The notes beneath the pieces are model-generated. The model saw nothing but the letters and a program-made list of their open reading frames with translations, searched no databases and was not told where the DNA came from. DNA of 64,000 nt, from the NCBI GenBank assembly GCA_019057475.1, contig DXJO01000014.1, positions 17,011 to 81,010 of the forward strand. Reading direction: 5' to 3'. Both the position numbers and the translations under genes were made by a program. Within the stretch, counting starts at the first letter, position 1. Each line of letters opens with the position of its first letter. Below, piece by piece: positions 10,311 through 20,302 of the stretch. The DNA comes from Candidatus Thorarchaeota archaeon (GTDB lineage Archaea > Asgardarchaeota > Thorarchaeia > Thorarchaeales > Thorarchaeaceae).

Positions 10311-10844
10311 TCACGCATTCGTTGGCTCCTCTACCCACCATGGCTTTTCCTCGGGCATCTCTGCCCATATTTCAGGAGGTTCAGGAGGGGGTTTTAGCCT
10401 GATAATGAAGATACCAACTATCAGGAGAATGAGTGTGGGTCCCGCCAACCCCATTGGACTATACGGATTCAAGAACCACATAATTTGGTATAGTATGAAG
10501 AGCATTACGAAGGGAAGCTCACTCACGATGCCAAGTGTCAATGTGCGCTTCTTGGTTGTTCGTCCACTGTAGAGTCGGAACATCTGATAAGCGTAGGCTA
10601 ATCGGAGTGCACCAAAGGGCATCATTATAGCGAGGGTGAAGATATTTAATATTTCCAGATATGTTTGGTAAGGTGATGAAATGAAGCCCCAGAGGACTGC
10701 AGTCACAGAAAGATGCAGCCCATCGTAGACGGCGATACTAAATGCAAGTGGTGCAAGGAGAGCTACAAGAGCCATCACGATCCCAACGACTATGGGATTG
10801 ACCGGTTTATCATTGATAGCAGGAGTTTCTGGTTCCTTAGACAT
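10311..10844 (-). CDS. Hypothetical membrane protein (tandem paralog A)
   Basis: 4-5 TM helices; close DNA similarity to the neighbouring ORF. Confidence 0.75.
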   Translation of the reverse strand: MSKEPETPAINDKPVNPIVVGIVMALVALLAPLAFSIAVYDGLHLSVTAVLWGFISSPYQTYLEILNIFTLAIMMPFGALRLAYAYQMFRLYSGRTTKKRTLTLGIVSELPFVMLFILYQIMWFLNPYSPMGLAGPTLILLIVGIFIIRLKPPPEPPEIWAEMPEEKPWWVEEPTNA

Positions 10845-10928
10845 GCTGAAATCTCCCCGATGATTTCACGCGCTCATCTGTTCAGAGGGGTCGTCACCTT
10901 AAGTTCCTTTGCTCCAAGCAATGTGAAA

Positions 10929-11393
10929 TCATGCATTCGTTGACTCCTCCGTCCACCATGACTTTTCCTCGGACATCTCCTCCCATATTTCAGGAGATTC
11001 AGGAGGGGGTCTCAATCTGACAATGAGGATGCTGACTATCAGGAGGATGAGTGAGGGGGCCCCCAATGATACTGGACCATATGGATTCAGAAGCCATATG
11101 ATGATGTATGGTATGAAGAGAAACGCGAAGGGAAGCTCACTCACGATGCCAAGTGTCAATGTGCGCTTCTTGGTTGTCCGCCCCTTGTAGAGTCGGACCA
11201 TCTGATAGGCGTAGGCTAATCGGATGAAACCAAAAGGCATCGACATACCGAGGGTGAAGATATCCACTAGTACCAGTTGTGTGTAGTAGGATGATGACGT
11301 GAAGCTCCAGAGAATTGCAATCAAAGAAAGATACAGTCCATCGTAGCTGGAGAGAAAAAAGGCAATTGGTGCAAGGAGAGCCACAAGAGTCAT
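10929..11393 (-). CDS. Hypothetical membrane protein (tandem paralog B), apparently 5'-truncated
   Basis: Colinear with paralog A (GRTTKKRTLTLGIVSELPF is identical) but homology stops at ~11408; nearest in-frame ATG is 11393. Confidence 0.6.
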   Translation of the reverse strand: MTLVALLAPIAFFLSSYDGLYLSLIAILWSFTSSSYYTQLVLVDIFTLGMSMPFGFIRLAYAYQMVRLYKGRTTKKRTLTLGIVSELPFAFLFIPYIIIWLLNPYGPVSLGAPSLILLIVSILIVRLRPPPESPEIWEEMSEEKSWWTEESTNA

Positions 11394-11428
11394 CACAATC
11401 CCAACAATCGTGATTGGGGTTGGTAAGA

Positions 11429-12277
11429 ATGACAACAACTGATACGTTTGAAATTCGCAACTTGATTCTGTTTTATGCAGTAGCGTTTGGTTTTTCATGG
11501 GCATTCTGGATACCGGAGGCTCTATTCTTTGCGGGCATTTTACCGGCTTCGTCTTTCACAGACTTCCTGACAAGCCCTGATAATCCAGCCGCTTGGGGCC
11601 CCATGGTGGCAGCTTTACTTCTGACCTACAAGAAGGGAGGCTTGAGTGGAGTCCGCAATCTTCTCGCAAGGGGCGTGGATCGGAGATTCAAGCCAATTTG
11701 GTACGCAGTAATTTTCTTGGTGATGCCACTAATCACCTTCATCTCCCTCCTTGCGGCAATGGGCCTTGAGGGTTATGTCCCAGTGTTTGAATGGATAGAG
11801 TTCCCTATCGCATTGATTATCGCTTTCATCTATATCCTCCTCCTTGGAGGCCCACTACAGGAAGAGTTTGGGTGGAGAGGGTATGCTCTTGATCGCTTCC
11901 AGGCACGCTTCGACGCACTGACTTCGAGCCTAATAGTGGGGCTGATGTGGGGTCTATGGCACCTGCCACTCTTCTTCATGCCTACGCACACGGTGTACTA
12001 CAACAGACCAATCTGGGGACTTGTGATTTCTACAATCTTCTTGGCCGTACTATTTACATGGGTCTACAACAATACGAATGGTAGCATCCTGGCCGCTCTA
12101 CTCTTCCACACCGTATTCAACTGGTCACATTATGTATTCCCAGTGCTCCAAACCGATTTGGGTGCAACCGCATTCCTAGTGCTGCAATTCGTGGCGGTGG
12201 TGGTTGTGGTCCTCTTCTGGGGCTACAAGCGATTAGTTCGCGAGAAAACGCCTGATACGGGAGGGGCTGTGGAATAG
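11429..12277 (+). CDS. CPBP (CAAX/Abi) intramembrane metalloprotease
   Basis: EEFGWRG, WGLWHLP and HTVFN motifs. Confidence 0.92.
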   Translation: MTTTDTFEIRNLILFYAVAFGFSWAFWIPEALFFAGILPASSFTDFLTSPDNPAAWGPMVAALLLTYKKGGLSGVRNLLARGVDRRFKPIWYAVIFLVMPLITFISLLAAMGLEGYVPVFEWIEFPIALIIAFIYILLLGGPLQEEFGWRGYALDRFQARFDALTSSLIVGLMWGLWHLPLFFMPTHTVYYNRPIWGLVISTIFLAVLFTWVYNNTNGSILAALLFHTVFNWSHYVFPVLQTDLGATAFLVLQFVAVVVVVLFWGYKRLVREKTPDTGGAVE

Positions 12278-12326
12278 CAAGCCCAAGGGGCAGATTGCTT
12301 CCCTGCACGTTGGATTCCGATCCATC

Positions 12327-12767
12327 TCAGATTGCAGAATGCAAATCCTGAGCGGCTTCCCTATTCGCGTCCGCCAGTAGTTCGAGGGCGTAAGCAGCCT
12401 CGCTCAAGAAGTCAATCTTGGCCGCAGCATGCATGTAGAACTCGTGAAGCTTTGTTTCTATCGCAGCTGCAGTTTCGCGAACAACCCCATCATCAGCGCC
12501 CTCGGGAAAAACAATCACTGGCTTGTGGACTTCAGAGTCCAACCCAGCGATTGGCTCAAGAATCATCTCTGTGACGTTCTCTCTGCGTACGCGTAACAGT
12601 GTCTTGATTCGCTTTTGGCCTCGATGAAACAGGTTTTCAAGCAGTTTCCCAAGACCTGGGTCCGTTACTGCACCAATGGCTGATTCATAGAAGCTGCTAA
12701 CTTCAGCCTCAATGTCCAATGCAAACTTCACTACTGCCCCAAAGGTTGTAAGTTCCACATGTATCAC
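12327..12767 (-). CDS. Ferritin-like/rubrerythrin-like protein
   Basis: Two A..IE....FY helical repeats; the ExxH ligands look degenerate. Confidence 0.65.
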   Translation of the reverse strand: MIHVELTTFGAVVKFALDIEAEVSSFYESAIGAVTDPGLGKLLENLFHRGQKRIKTLLRVRRENVTEMILEPIAGLDSEVHKPVIVFPEGADDGVVRETAAAIETKLHEFYMHAAAKIDFLSEAAYALELLADANREAAQDLHSAI

Positions 12768-12780
12768 CCAGAGTCATGCA

Positions 12781-14244
12781 CTAAAACCATCGAGTAATGA
12801 CTACCTTATTCTCTGTAAAGAAGCTCACCGCATCTTGGCCTTGTCCGTGTAGGTCACCCAAGAACGAATCCTTCATCCCAGAGAAGGGAAATGTAGCAAT
12901 TGGCGCAGCAACTCCGATGTTAATACCAATGTTTCCAGCCTTAACGCGATACTGGTAGTTTCTGGCAGTTTTCCCGCTGGTCGTAAACACAGACGATGCG
13001 TTTCCATATCGATTGGCATGAATAACGTCTATGGCCTCATCGAGGTCTTTCACATGAACAATTGACATGACCGGTCCAAAGATCTCCTCTCGTGCGATGG
13101 TCATCTTGGGTTTCACATCGCTAAAGATGGTTGGACCAATGAAGAACCCTTTCTCGTATCCAGGAATTTGAATACCCCGACCATCCATCAGAAGCTCTGC
13201 ACCTTCTTTAACTCCTTTGTCAATGAAACCTAGAACTCGGTCCATTCCACTCTTTGAAGCCATCGGGCCCATCTGAACCCCCTCTTCCAGCCCATTGCCT
13301 ACGATTATGTTCTTGGCTCCTTCAACAACCGCTTTCTTCAAAGGCTCGTAAATTTCACCAACTGCTAATAGGACTGCACCACTAAGACAGCGCTGGCCAG
13401 CACAACCGAAGAACGAAGTCATGATTGCGGGCACGGTGCGCTCCAAATTGGCATCCGGCATTACAGTAAGGAAGTTCTTTGCACCTCCTTGAACCTGAGC
13501 CCGCTTCCCCTGCTCTCCAGCCTTCTTATACAAGAGCTTGCCAACACGAGTTGAACCTACAAATGACATGCCTACTGTATCGGGACTCTCAAGAAGGGCG
13601 TTTACTGCTTCAAGGCCGCCATGGACCATGTTCATGACGCCTCTTGGAAGTCCTAGTTTATGAATAATCTCAAACTGTTTGACCTGGCTCAACGGAACTT
13701 GTGGCGAGGGTTTCACGATGTATGTGTTTCCACACCCGATTGCAAATGGCCAAAACCAAGTAGGCACCATAGCCGGAAAGTTGAACGGAGCAACGCAGAA
13801 GAAGACACCAAGAGGTTGTTTGATGACCATCTCATCAATACCGGAAGCAATGTCTTCGGTATTGTAGCCCATCTGAAGAGATGGAACGCTTGTGGCGCAC
13901 TCTAGGTTCTCAATCGTACGACGGTACTCGCCACGTGATTCGTCAAGGGCTTTGCCCTGCTCCATGGTTAGTATCTTTGATAACTCTTCGAAATTCTCCT
14001 CGAAGGCATCCCTGATTCGATTAAGATGTCGGACACGGGTGAGTGCAGGCGTTGCTCGCCATCGATTGAAGGCAGCCTTTCCCGCCTCAATTGCTTGCAG
14101 TGTTTCTTCCCTAGTGCTCATGGGAGTCTTTGCCAGGAGTTCACCTGTGGCGGGATTGATAACATCCTGTGTGTCCTTGGCTTTGGACTCTACCCAACGT
14201 CCATTGATGTAGTTCTTGACGACTTCTACGCCCAAAATGTTCAC
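12781..14244 (-). CDS. mmsA: CoA-acylating (methyl)malonate-semialdehyde dehydrogenase
   Basis: PFNFPAM, FVGST, GAKNF, AGQRC, EEIFGP and C-terminal ITRWF. Confidence 0.92.
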   Translation of the reverse strand: MNILGVEVVKNYINGRWVESKAKDTQDVINPATGELLAKTPMSTREETLQAIEAGKAAFNRWRATPALTRVRHLNRIRDAFEENFEELSKILTMEQGKALDESRGEYRRTIENLECATSVPSLQMGYNTEDIASGIDEMVIKQPLGVFFCVAPFNFPAMVPTWFWPFAIGCGNTYIVKPSPQVPLSQVKQFEIIHKLGLPRGVMNMVHGGLEAVNALLESPDTVGMSFVGSTRVGKLLYKKAGEQGKRAQVQGGAKNFLTVMPDANLERTVPAIMTSFFGCAGQRCLSGAVLLAVGEIYEPLKKAVVEGAKNIIVGNGLEEGVQMGPMASKSGMDRVLGFIDKGVKEGAELLMDGRGIQIPGYEKGFFIGPTIFSDVKPKMTIAREEIFGPVMSIVHVKDLDEAIDVIHANRYGNASSVFTTSGKTARNYQYRVKAGNIGINIGVAAPIATFPFSGMKDSFLGDLHGQGQDAVSFFTENKVVITRWF

Positions 14245-14313
14245 GTCCAGGTCGGAACTGAATAGCGCGTTTGATTACTATTTGACTCTTCTGTTGCACA
14301 CTCGAACTAGGGC

Positions 14314-15528
14314 TTATCTGGTGTGAATGAACTCTATTGCTTCGGAATCACACACAACTGCACACAAGCCACACCCATCGCACTTCTCTGGGTTGATGAC
14401 TGCGACGCCATCTCGCATTTGAATTGCCACGTAGCCACCATCAGCGCACGCAATAACACAGTTCTTGCATCCCGTGCACTTCTCATTGATTACTCTGGCA
14501 ACGACGGGAGGAAGCTTGCTAAGAGCGGTCCAAGTTGTGATTTTGGGCAGAGCCAGGCCGACCAGTTCCTCAAGGGTTTCGTAACCCTTGCGCTCCATGA
14601 ATTTAGTCATTCCATCGGTAATTGTTCTAATTATGGAGAAGCCATGCCACATGACTGCAGTGCAGATTTGTAGCGATCTGGCGCCGACCATGAGGTACTC
14701 TACGGCGCTGGTCCAGCTATCGATGCCACCAATGCCAGATATCGGGGTGTCTGGAAACGCCTTGGCAATCTGTGAAACGACTCGAAGTCCCACTGGTCGG
14801 ACTGCTGGGCCGCAGAAGCCACCATAGGTGCTGAGCTGTTCCTTTCGATCCAAGCCGTAAGCAATAGGAAGCGGAGTTACTGTTTCAACATCGACACCAA
14901 TGAGTGACTCAATCGTATTGATTGCCGACAGCGCATCAGCGCCCCCCTTCACCGCGGCTTGAGCAATCGGTACGATATCTGTGACATTAGGTGTCAGTTT
15001 CACAAATAATGGTAAGTCTGTTCCCTTCTTCGCTGCTTGAGTGACTTGCTCAACAAGAGTTGGGTCCTGACCGATGAAGGCGCCCATGTGTTTCTCAGGT
15101 GAGCCGTGAGGACAAGAAACATTGATCTCGATTGCGTCGACACCGGTCTGGGAGATGGTTTCCGCCAATGATGTCCACCCCTCGGGTTCAGGGCTACTCA
15201 TGATACTGGCAACCAGCACAAAGTCATCGGGTGCTTCTGCCTTGATCTTTGGAATCCAGTCCTCAGTCCACGTCGACAGGGGCTCACGAGAGAGAAGCTC
15301 TATGTTGTTCATGCCTATTAGTTTGCTACCCGTTCGCAGAGCGCCCAATCGCGTTCGTGGATCAACAGTGGGTTCCTCTGTGACAGTCTTGATGACAGCA
15401 CCGCCCCAGCCAACTCGGGCGGCTCGGAGGATGTGGCGCGCATCCATTGCGGGAGGCGCAGATGATAGCAGAAAGGGATTCTTGAATTGAAGCCCTGCAA
15501 ACTCTATTGCCAAGCGGTTAGACGACAC
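14314..15528 (-). CDS. preA: Dihydropyrimidine dehydrogenase FMN subunit with a C-terminal 2x[4Fe-4S] domain
   Basis: NPFLLSSAPP, NNIEL, EINVSCPH, KLTPN, AINT, CTGCKNC and CDGCGLC; GTG start at 15528. Confidence 0.92.
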   Translation of the reverse strand: MSSNRLAIEFAGLQFKNPFLLSSAPPAMDARHILRAARVGWGGAVIKTVTEEPTVDPRTRLGALRTGSKLIGMNNIELLSREPLSTWTEDWIPKIKAEAPDDFVLVASIMSSPEPEGWTSLAETISQTGVDAIEINVSCPHGSPEKHMGAFIGQDPTLVEQVTQAAKKGTDLPLFVKLTPNVTDIVPIAQAAVKGGADALSAINTIESLIGVDVETVTPLPIAYGLDRKEQLSTYGGFCGPAVRPVGLRVVSQIAKAFPDTPISGIGGIDSWTSAVEYLMVGARSLQICTAVMWHGFSIIRTITDGMTKFMERKGYETLEELVGLALPKITTWTALSKLPPVVARVINEKCTGCKNCVIACADGGYVAIQMRDGVAVINPEKCDGCGLCAVVCDSEAIEFIHTR

Positions 15529-15597
15529 GATTTCATCACTTCTCCAGCTCTGATGTCTTGGAAACCCCTCCCCTAAAGTCTTTAGGGCGAATGTAAC

Positions 15598-16971
15598 ATG
15601 CAATTCGCCACCGACGCGGAATTGGTGAATAAGATGGATAATGACTTGGTTCCGGAAGATCTTCGTAAGGAATACACTAAGGATGAGATTATAGAGATTG
15701 AGAAGAAGTACCTCGCTCCAGCGGTGGGTCATTACTACAAAGACCCCGTTCTCTTCGTTCGAGGCGAAGGAGCCACTCTGGAAGACGCTTCAGGAAAGCA
15801 CTACATAGACCTGTTTGCTGGCATCTGCACAACAATCACAGGATATAATCACCCGAAGTATGTATCCACAATCCAATGGCAGGCCGAACGATTGGTGTAC
15901 ACGAGTTCCCTTTACGCCACCATTCCGTATGCAGTGCTCGTAAAACGGCTTGCTGAGATAGCCCCATCAGGCCTATCTAGGTCATTTATTGTCAACAGTG
16001 GCTCAGAAGCCATTGAAGCGGCTATCTTCATGGCTCGAAAATACAAGAGCAATCCTTACGTCGTTGCATGCCAGCGGGCCTATCATGGACGTACCACCTT
16101 GGCCAGGGAACTCTCAAGCGCGGGGTGGCGTACTGTCCCAGAGGGGCACCCATCTGGTGTTCGCTTCACTCCATATGGATACTGCTACAGGTGCCACTTT
16201 GGCAAGGAGTTCCCGGACTGCGACTTTGAGTGTGCACGTTATCTTCGGGAAGTGATACGTACTCAGACCAACAATGCCATTGCTGCATTCATTGCTGAGC
16301 CGATTCAGGGGGTTGCAGGTATCATTCAGCCGCCTTCTGAGTACTTCAGGATTGTATATGAGATTGTGAAGGAGTACGGGGGGCTTTACATCTCTGACGA
16401 GGTGCAGACAGGGTTTGGTAGAACTGGATCCAAATGGTGGGGGATTCAACATGCGGGTGTGGACCCTGACATCATCACGCTTGCAAAGGGTTTCGGCAGT
16501 GGGATTCCAATTGGGGGATTCATCACACGCCCAGAGATTGCCGCAAATTACGCTGTGACTGATGCCTTTGCAACTTTCGGAGGTAATCCTTTGTCGTGCG
16601 CAGCCGCTGTGGCTGTCATAGATATAATCCAAGAAAGCAAATACCTAGAGAGAGCTGCGAAACTTGGCGCTCTCTTGAAAAAGAAACTGGAGTCACTCCA
16701 AGAGGACCACAAATTGGTGGGTGAGGTTCGAGGCCAAGGATTGATGCTGGGTGTAGAACTAGTTCGTGATAGAACTACCAAAGAGCCTGCTGTCCAAGAG
16801 ATGCTCCAAGTGATGGAACTATGCAAGACCCGAGGGCTGCTGATCGGGAAGGGCGGACTTGACGGCAATGTGATCAGGTTTCAGCCACCACTCGAACTCA
16901 CAGCTGCGCAGATCGATGAGGCGTGCGCCATCCTTGATGAAGCCTTCACAGAGGTCGAAAAAGGCCTGTGA
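15598..16971 (+). CDS. Class III PLP aminotransferase, probable beta-alanine aminotransferase
   Basis: NSGSEA, YHG, EPIQG, DEVQTGFGRTG, AKG and TFGGNP; pathway context. Confidence 0.85.
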   Translation: MQFATDAELVNKMDNDLVPEDLRKEYTKDEIIEIEKKYLAPAVGHYYKDPVLFVRGEGATLEDASGKHYIDLFAGICTTITGYNHPKYVSTIQWQAERLVYTSSLYATIPYAVLVKRLAEIAPSGLSRSFIVNSGSEAIEAAIFMARKYKSNPYVVACQRAYHGRTTLARELSSAGWRTVPEGHPSGVRFTPYGYCYRCHFGKEFPDCDFECARYLREVIRTQTNNAIAAFIAEPIQGVAGIIQPPSEYFRIVYEIVKEYGGLYISDEVQTGFGRTGSKWWGIQHAGVDPDIITLAKGFGSGIPIGGFITRPEIAANYAVTDAFATFGGNPLSCAAAVAVIDIIQESKYLERAAKLGALLKKKLESLQEDHKLVGEVRGQGLMLGVELVRDRTTKEPAVQEMLQVMELCKTRGLLIGKGGLDGNVIRFQPPLELTAAQIDEACAILDEAFTEVEKGL

Positions 16972-16980
16972 TGTGCCCAT

Positions 16981-17853
16981 TTAGAGCTTGGTTAGGTCTC
17001 CGTAGCTGTCTGGTCGGCGGTCCCTGTAGAACTGCCAAGTGTTCCGGACCTCGCGGATAAGATCCAAATCGATATCGGCCACGATTAGCTCTTCCTTGTC
17101 TCGAGAGCCTTGGGCAACGAGATTTCCTCGTGGGTCAGCCACGTAAGAGCTACCGTAAAATGTGCCAGTCTTCCAAGGTTCTTCACCCACTCGATTGATG
17201 GCCGCTATGAAGTATCCGTTTGCCACAGCATGTGCGGGTTGTTCCAGAATCCATAGGTGCTCAGAGAGACCTGCAACAGTGGCGGATGGATTGAAAACTA
17301 TCTCGGCACCATTCAAACCAAGGGCTCGCGCTCCTTCTGGAAAATGACGATCATAGCATATGTAGATGCCAACCTTGCCTACTGAGGTCTCGAAGACAGG
17401 ATATCCAAGATTGCCCGGACGGAAGTAGAACTTCTCCCAGAAGCCCGGGTCGAGATGCGGAATGTGCATCTTTCTCATCTTGCCTAGAAGACTTCCATCA
17501 GAGTCAATGATAATGGCAGTGTTATAGTAAATGCCAGCCATTTCCTCCTCGTACATTGGAACAATCAGAACAAGATTGTTTTTCCTTGCCAAATTGCACA
17601 TGCGTTCTGTTAGAGGGCCAGGAATAGGCTGCGCGTACTTGTACCATCGCCGATTTTGCTCCGCACAAAAGTAGGGCCCATAGAATAGCTCTTGAAAGCA
17701 TAAAATCTGAACTTCTTTCTTCTTTGCAGCAGCGGCAAAGTTCTCATGCTTCCGAATCATCTTTTCGATGCTTTCTTCAATGGCCTCTTCATCGGTGACA
17801 TCACCGTCCCATTTGGCTTGAACAAGACCCACACGCAGATTTCTCACTGTCAT
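16981..17853 (-). CDS. Beta-ureidopropionase (nitrilase superfamily)
   Basis: QELF, RKMHIP, FWEKFYF and ICYDRHFPE (E-K-C triad). Confidence 0.9.
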   Translation of the reverse strand: MTVRNLRVGLVQAKWDGDVTDEEAIEESIEKMIRKHENFAAAAKKKEVQILCFQELFYGPYFCAEQNRRWYKYAQPIPGPLTERMCNLARKNNLVLIVPMYEEEMAGIYYNTAIIIDSDGSLLGKMRKMHIPHLDPGFWEKFYFRPGNLGYPVFETSVGKVGIYICYDRHFPEGARALGLNGAEIVFNPSATVAGLSEHLWILEQPAHAVANGYFIAAINRVGEEPWKTGTFYGSSYVADPRGNLVAQGSRDKEELIVADIDLDLIREVRNTWQFYRDRRPDSYGDLTKL

Positions 17854-17955
17854 TCACTCCTATGATTTTGGGAATTGAGGAGTAGTTCCCTCGTCTAATA
17901 GGGATTTCCCAAACGATTTATGGCGAGCCCCCCAATGGATTAAGGAGGCTTTTCC

Positions 17956-19347
17956 ATGGTTGAGCTGGATCTCGTTATCAAGAATGGAATAATCGTGACT
18001 GCTTCCGATACATACACAGCAGATGTCGGAGTGCAAAAGGGGAAGATAGTATCTGTGGCGGAGGATTTGACCGCAGGCCCTGAAACACAGATTATTGAAG
18101 CAAAGGGGAAATACGTCTTTCCAGGAGGAATTGATGTTCATGTCCATCTCCAGCTTCCGTTCTCTGGAACCATTTCTGCTGACGATTTCGAGAACGGCAC
18201 CAAGGCTGCCGCATGCGGTGGTGTGACTACTGTAATCGATTTCGCAATTCAGAGTAAAGGCCACTCAATCATGGAGGCAGTTGAGGCTCGACGGGCCGAG
18301 GCGGACCCGAAAGTATGTATCGACTATGGTCTGCATGCCGCCATTACGGACTGGAACGACAAGACTCAGGCTGAGATCAAGCAAGTCATTGACTATGGTA
18401 TCCCCACATTCAAGATGTTCATGATCTACAAGAATGAGGGCTGGATGGCTGATGATGGCATGTTGTTCCGCGCTCTGGAGGAAACTGCAAAGCTCGGCGG
18501 ACATATCGGAGTCCACGCAGAGAGTGCGTTCGTCTTGGAGATGTTGATTGACAGGTACGCAAAGGAGAAAGAGAAATGGGGTGCATATGGACATACACTG
18601 TCTCGCCCCGCTTTCACTGAGGAAGAAGCAATCATTCGTGCAATCAAATGGGCTGAGGTCACAGGCGGACAGTTATACATAGTTCATATGTCCACCGGCG
18701 GTGGCGCTGACGCGGTTCATGCTGCGAAGGAGCGCGGTGTGAGAGTATACGCAGAAACTTGCCCTCAGTATCTTCTGCTTGATGACGAGGTCTTCAAGGG
18801 TAAGAATGGGCATCTGTATGCCACCTGTCCACAGGTCAAGAAGCCTCACGATAATGAGCGTCTGTGGAAAGGATTGCTGAATGGCGATGTGCAGGTAGTG
18901 GCGACAGATACGTGCACCTTCACATCTGAGCAGAAGGCCGCATGGAATGGCGATTTTAGAAAGATTCCATTCGGAATGCCTGGCGTTGAAACCATGGTGC
19001 CCCTGATGTACACAGAGGGAGTCCGCAAACGAGGATTTACGGTGAACCAGCTGGTGGCCCTCATCAGCACGAATCCTGCGAAGCTATTCGGCATGCACCC
19101 TGACAAGGGGACCATTGCTGTTGGCAGTGACGCAGATTTGGTCGTCTTCGATCCTGAGAAGAAGGTGACACTTCGAGCCGCTGACCTGCAGACTAACTGT
19201 GATTGGAGCCCATTCGAAGGGTGGAAGCTCGTTGGGTACCCTTCGATAACCATATCTAGGGGTGCAGTGGTTGCACAAGAAGGCAAGTTCGTTGGAGAGG
19301 TGGGCCACGGCAAGTTCTTACAACGAAGACCCTTTGGGAAGCTCTAG
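17956..19347 (+). CDS. hydA: Dihydropyrimidinase
   Basis: PGGIDVHVH, GGVTT, FKMFM, HAE, VHMS and ETCPQYL. Confidence 0.93.
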   Translation: MVELDLVIKNGIIVTASDTYTADVGVQKGKIVSVAEDLTAGPETQIIEAKGKYVFPGGIDVHVHLQLPFSGTISADDFENGTKAAACGGVTTVIDFAIQSKGHSIMEAVEARRAEADPKVCIDYGLHAAITDWNDKTQAEIKQVIDYGIPTFKMFMIYKNEGWMADDGMLFRALEETAKLGGHIGVHAESAFVLEMLIDRYAKEKEKWGAYGHTLSRPAFTEEEAIIRAIKWAEVTGGQLYIVHMSTGGGADAVHAAKERGVRVYAETCPQYLLLDDEVFKGKNGHLYATCPQVKKPHDNERLWKGLLNGDVQVVATDTCTFTSEQKAAWNGDFRKIPFGMPGVETMVPLMYTEGVRKRGFTVNQLVALISTNPAKLFGMHPDKGTIAVGSDADLVVFDPEKKVTLRAADLQTNCDWSPFEGWKLVGYPSITISRGAVVAQEGKFVGEVGHGKFLQRRPFGKL

Positions 19348-19375
19348 GACCTGAATAAGAAGGAGTGTTGGTTTC

Positions 19376-20065
19376 ATGGATGCAGAAAGGCTGGAATTTG
19401 GAGTTGGGCAAGACAAATCGGAGGATGGGACACTTGCGAATCTGTGGAAGTATTTCGTACACGGGCTTGTATTCGCACTAATTATGTTGGGATTCCCGTT
19501 CTTCATGGATGTGGTCTTACTGGAGGCAATTTATGGGGGCTCATTGAGTGCTGCACTCGGAGGGCTGGTTCTTGTCTTTATCATGCTACTGTTTGGTGTT
19601 GGCTTCTTCAATAGCTACCTTGCACGCTACCTATGGGACCTCAACCCCAAAAGGACTCTAGCAAGCTGGTTGGGGCAGGGCATCTTGGTCCTCTTAATGC
19701 TACCACTATTCGGTTTCATCTACTACATGATAATCATGCTTCTGTGGGGATTTGCATCACCTCCAGCAATACTGTCAGCGGTCGTTCTCTTCTTTCTGGA
19801 TGCAATCGCAAGTGGCTACATTGGCAGGCATGTTGCTGCAGAGTTTGAGGAACAACGAGAGGGAGTGGAGGAACTAGCATCAGTTGCGGATCGCCACATA
19901 CCGTGTCCTCACTGTGGTTCTCTCTTCATGTGCAAAAGCTCTATGATTGGTCCTAATGGAGAGGCGATCTGTCCACATTGTCGAGAAGCAGTGATTGTGC
20001 CAATCGAAGGCCCTCGGCCAGAGTATTCGGGTTGGGAACGGAAACCTGAGCGTAGCGAATGGTGA
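19376..20065 (+). CDS. Membrane protein with a C-terminal zinc ribbon
   Basis: 4 TM helices then CPHC...CPHC. Confidence 0.75.
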   Translation: MDAERLEFGVGQDKSEDGTLANLWKYFVHGLVFALIMLGFPFFMDVVLLEAIYGGSLSAALGGLVLVFIMLLFGVGFFNSYLARYLWDLNPKRTLASWLGQGILVLLMLPLFGFIYYMIIMLLWGFASPPAILSAVVLFFLDAIASGYIGRHVAAEFEEQREGVEELASVADRHIPCPHCGSLFMCKSSMIGPNGEAICPHCREAVIVPIEGPRPEYSGWERKPERSEW

Positions 20066-20302
20066 GCATGCCCGTGTGCCTAAGAATACAATCCTCAGCT
20101 CGGCCTCGTGGAAAAAGCCTGTATATGGACCAAGTCGATGAATGAATACCCACATTCATTGGTGTTTTATGTCCCCAAAATGCTGCAAAGACATGACAGA
20201 ATCAACTGGTTTCGTGCATCAAGGTAGAATTATTCCACAGGATCCCTCGGCTCCAATCATTTATTAGCATAGAAAATCGGGCAGTGGCTGAGGCTATATG
20301 CT

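Noticed and set aside
15529-15732. Long N-terminal ORF extensions of preA, and similarly of the ORFs starting at 35161, 42767, 26975 and 63007
   Set aside because: They overlap divergent genes or promoters; homology and SD positions point to downstream starts
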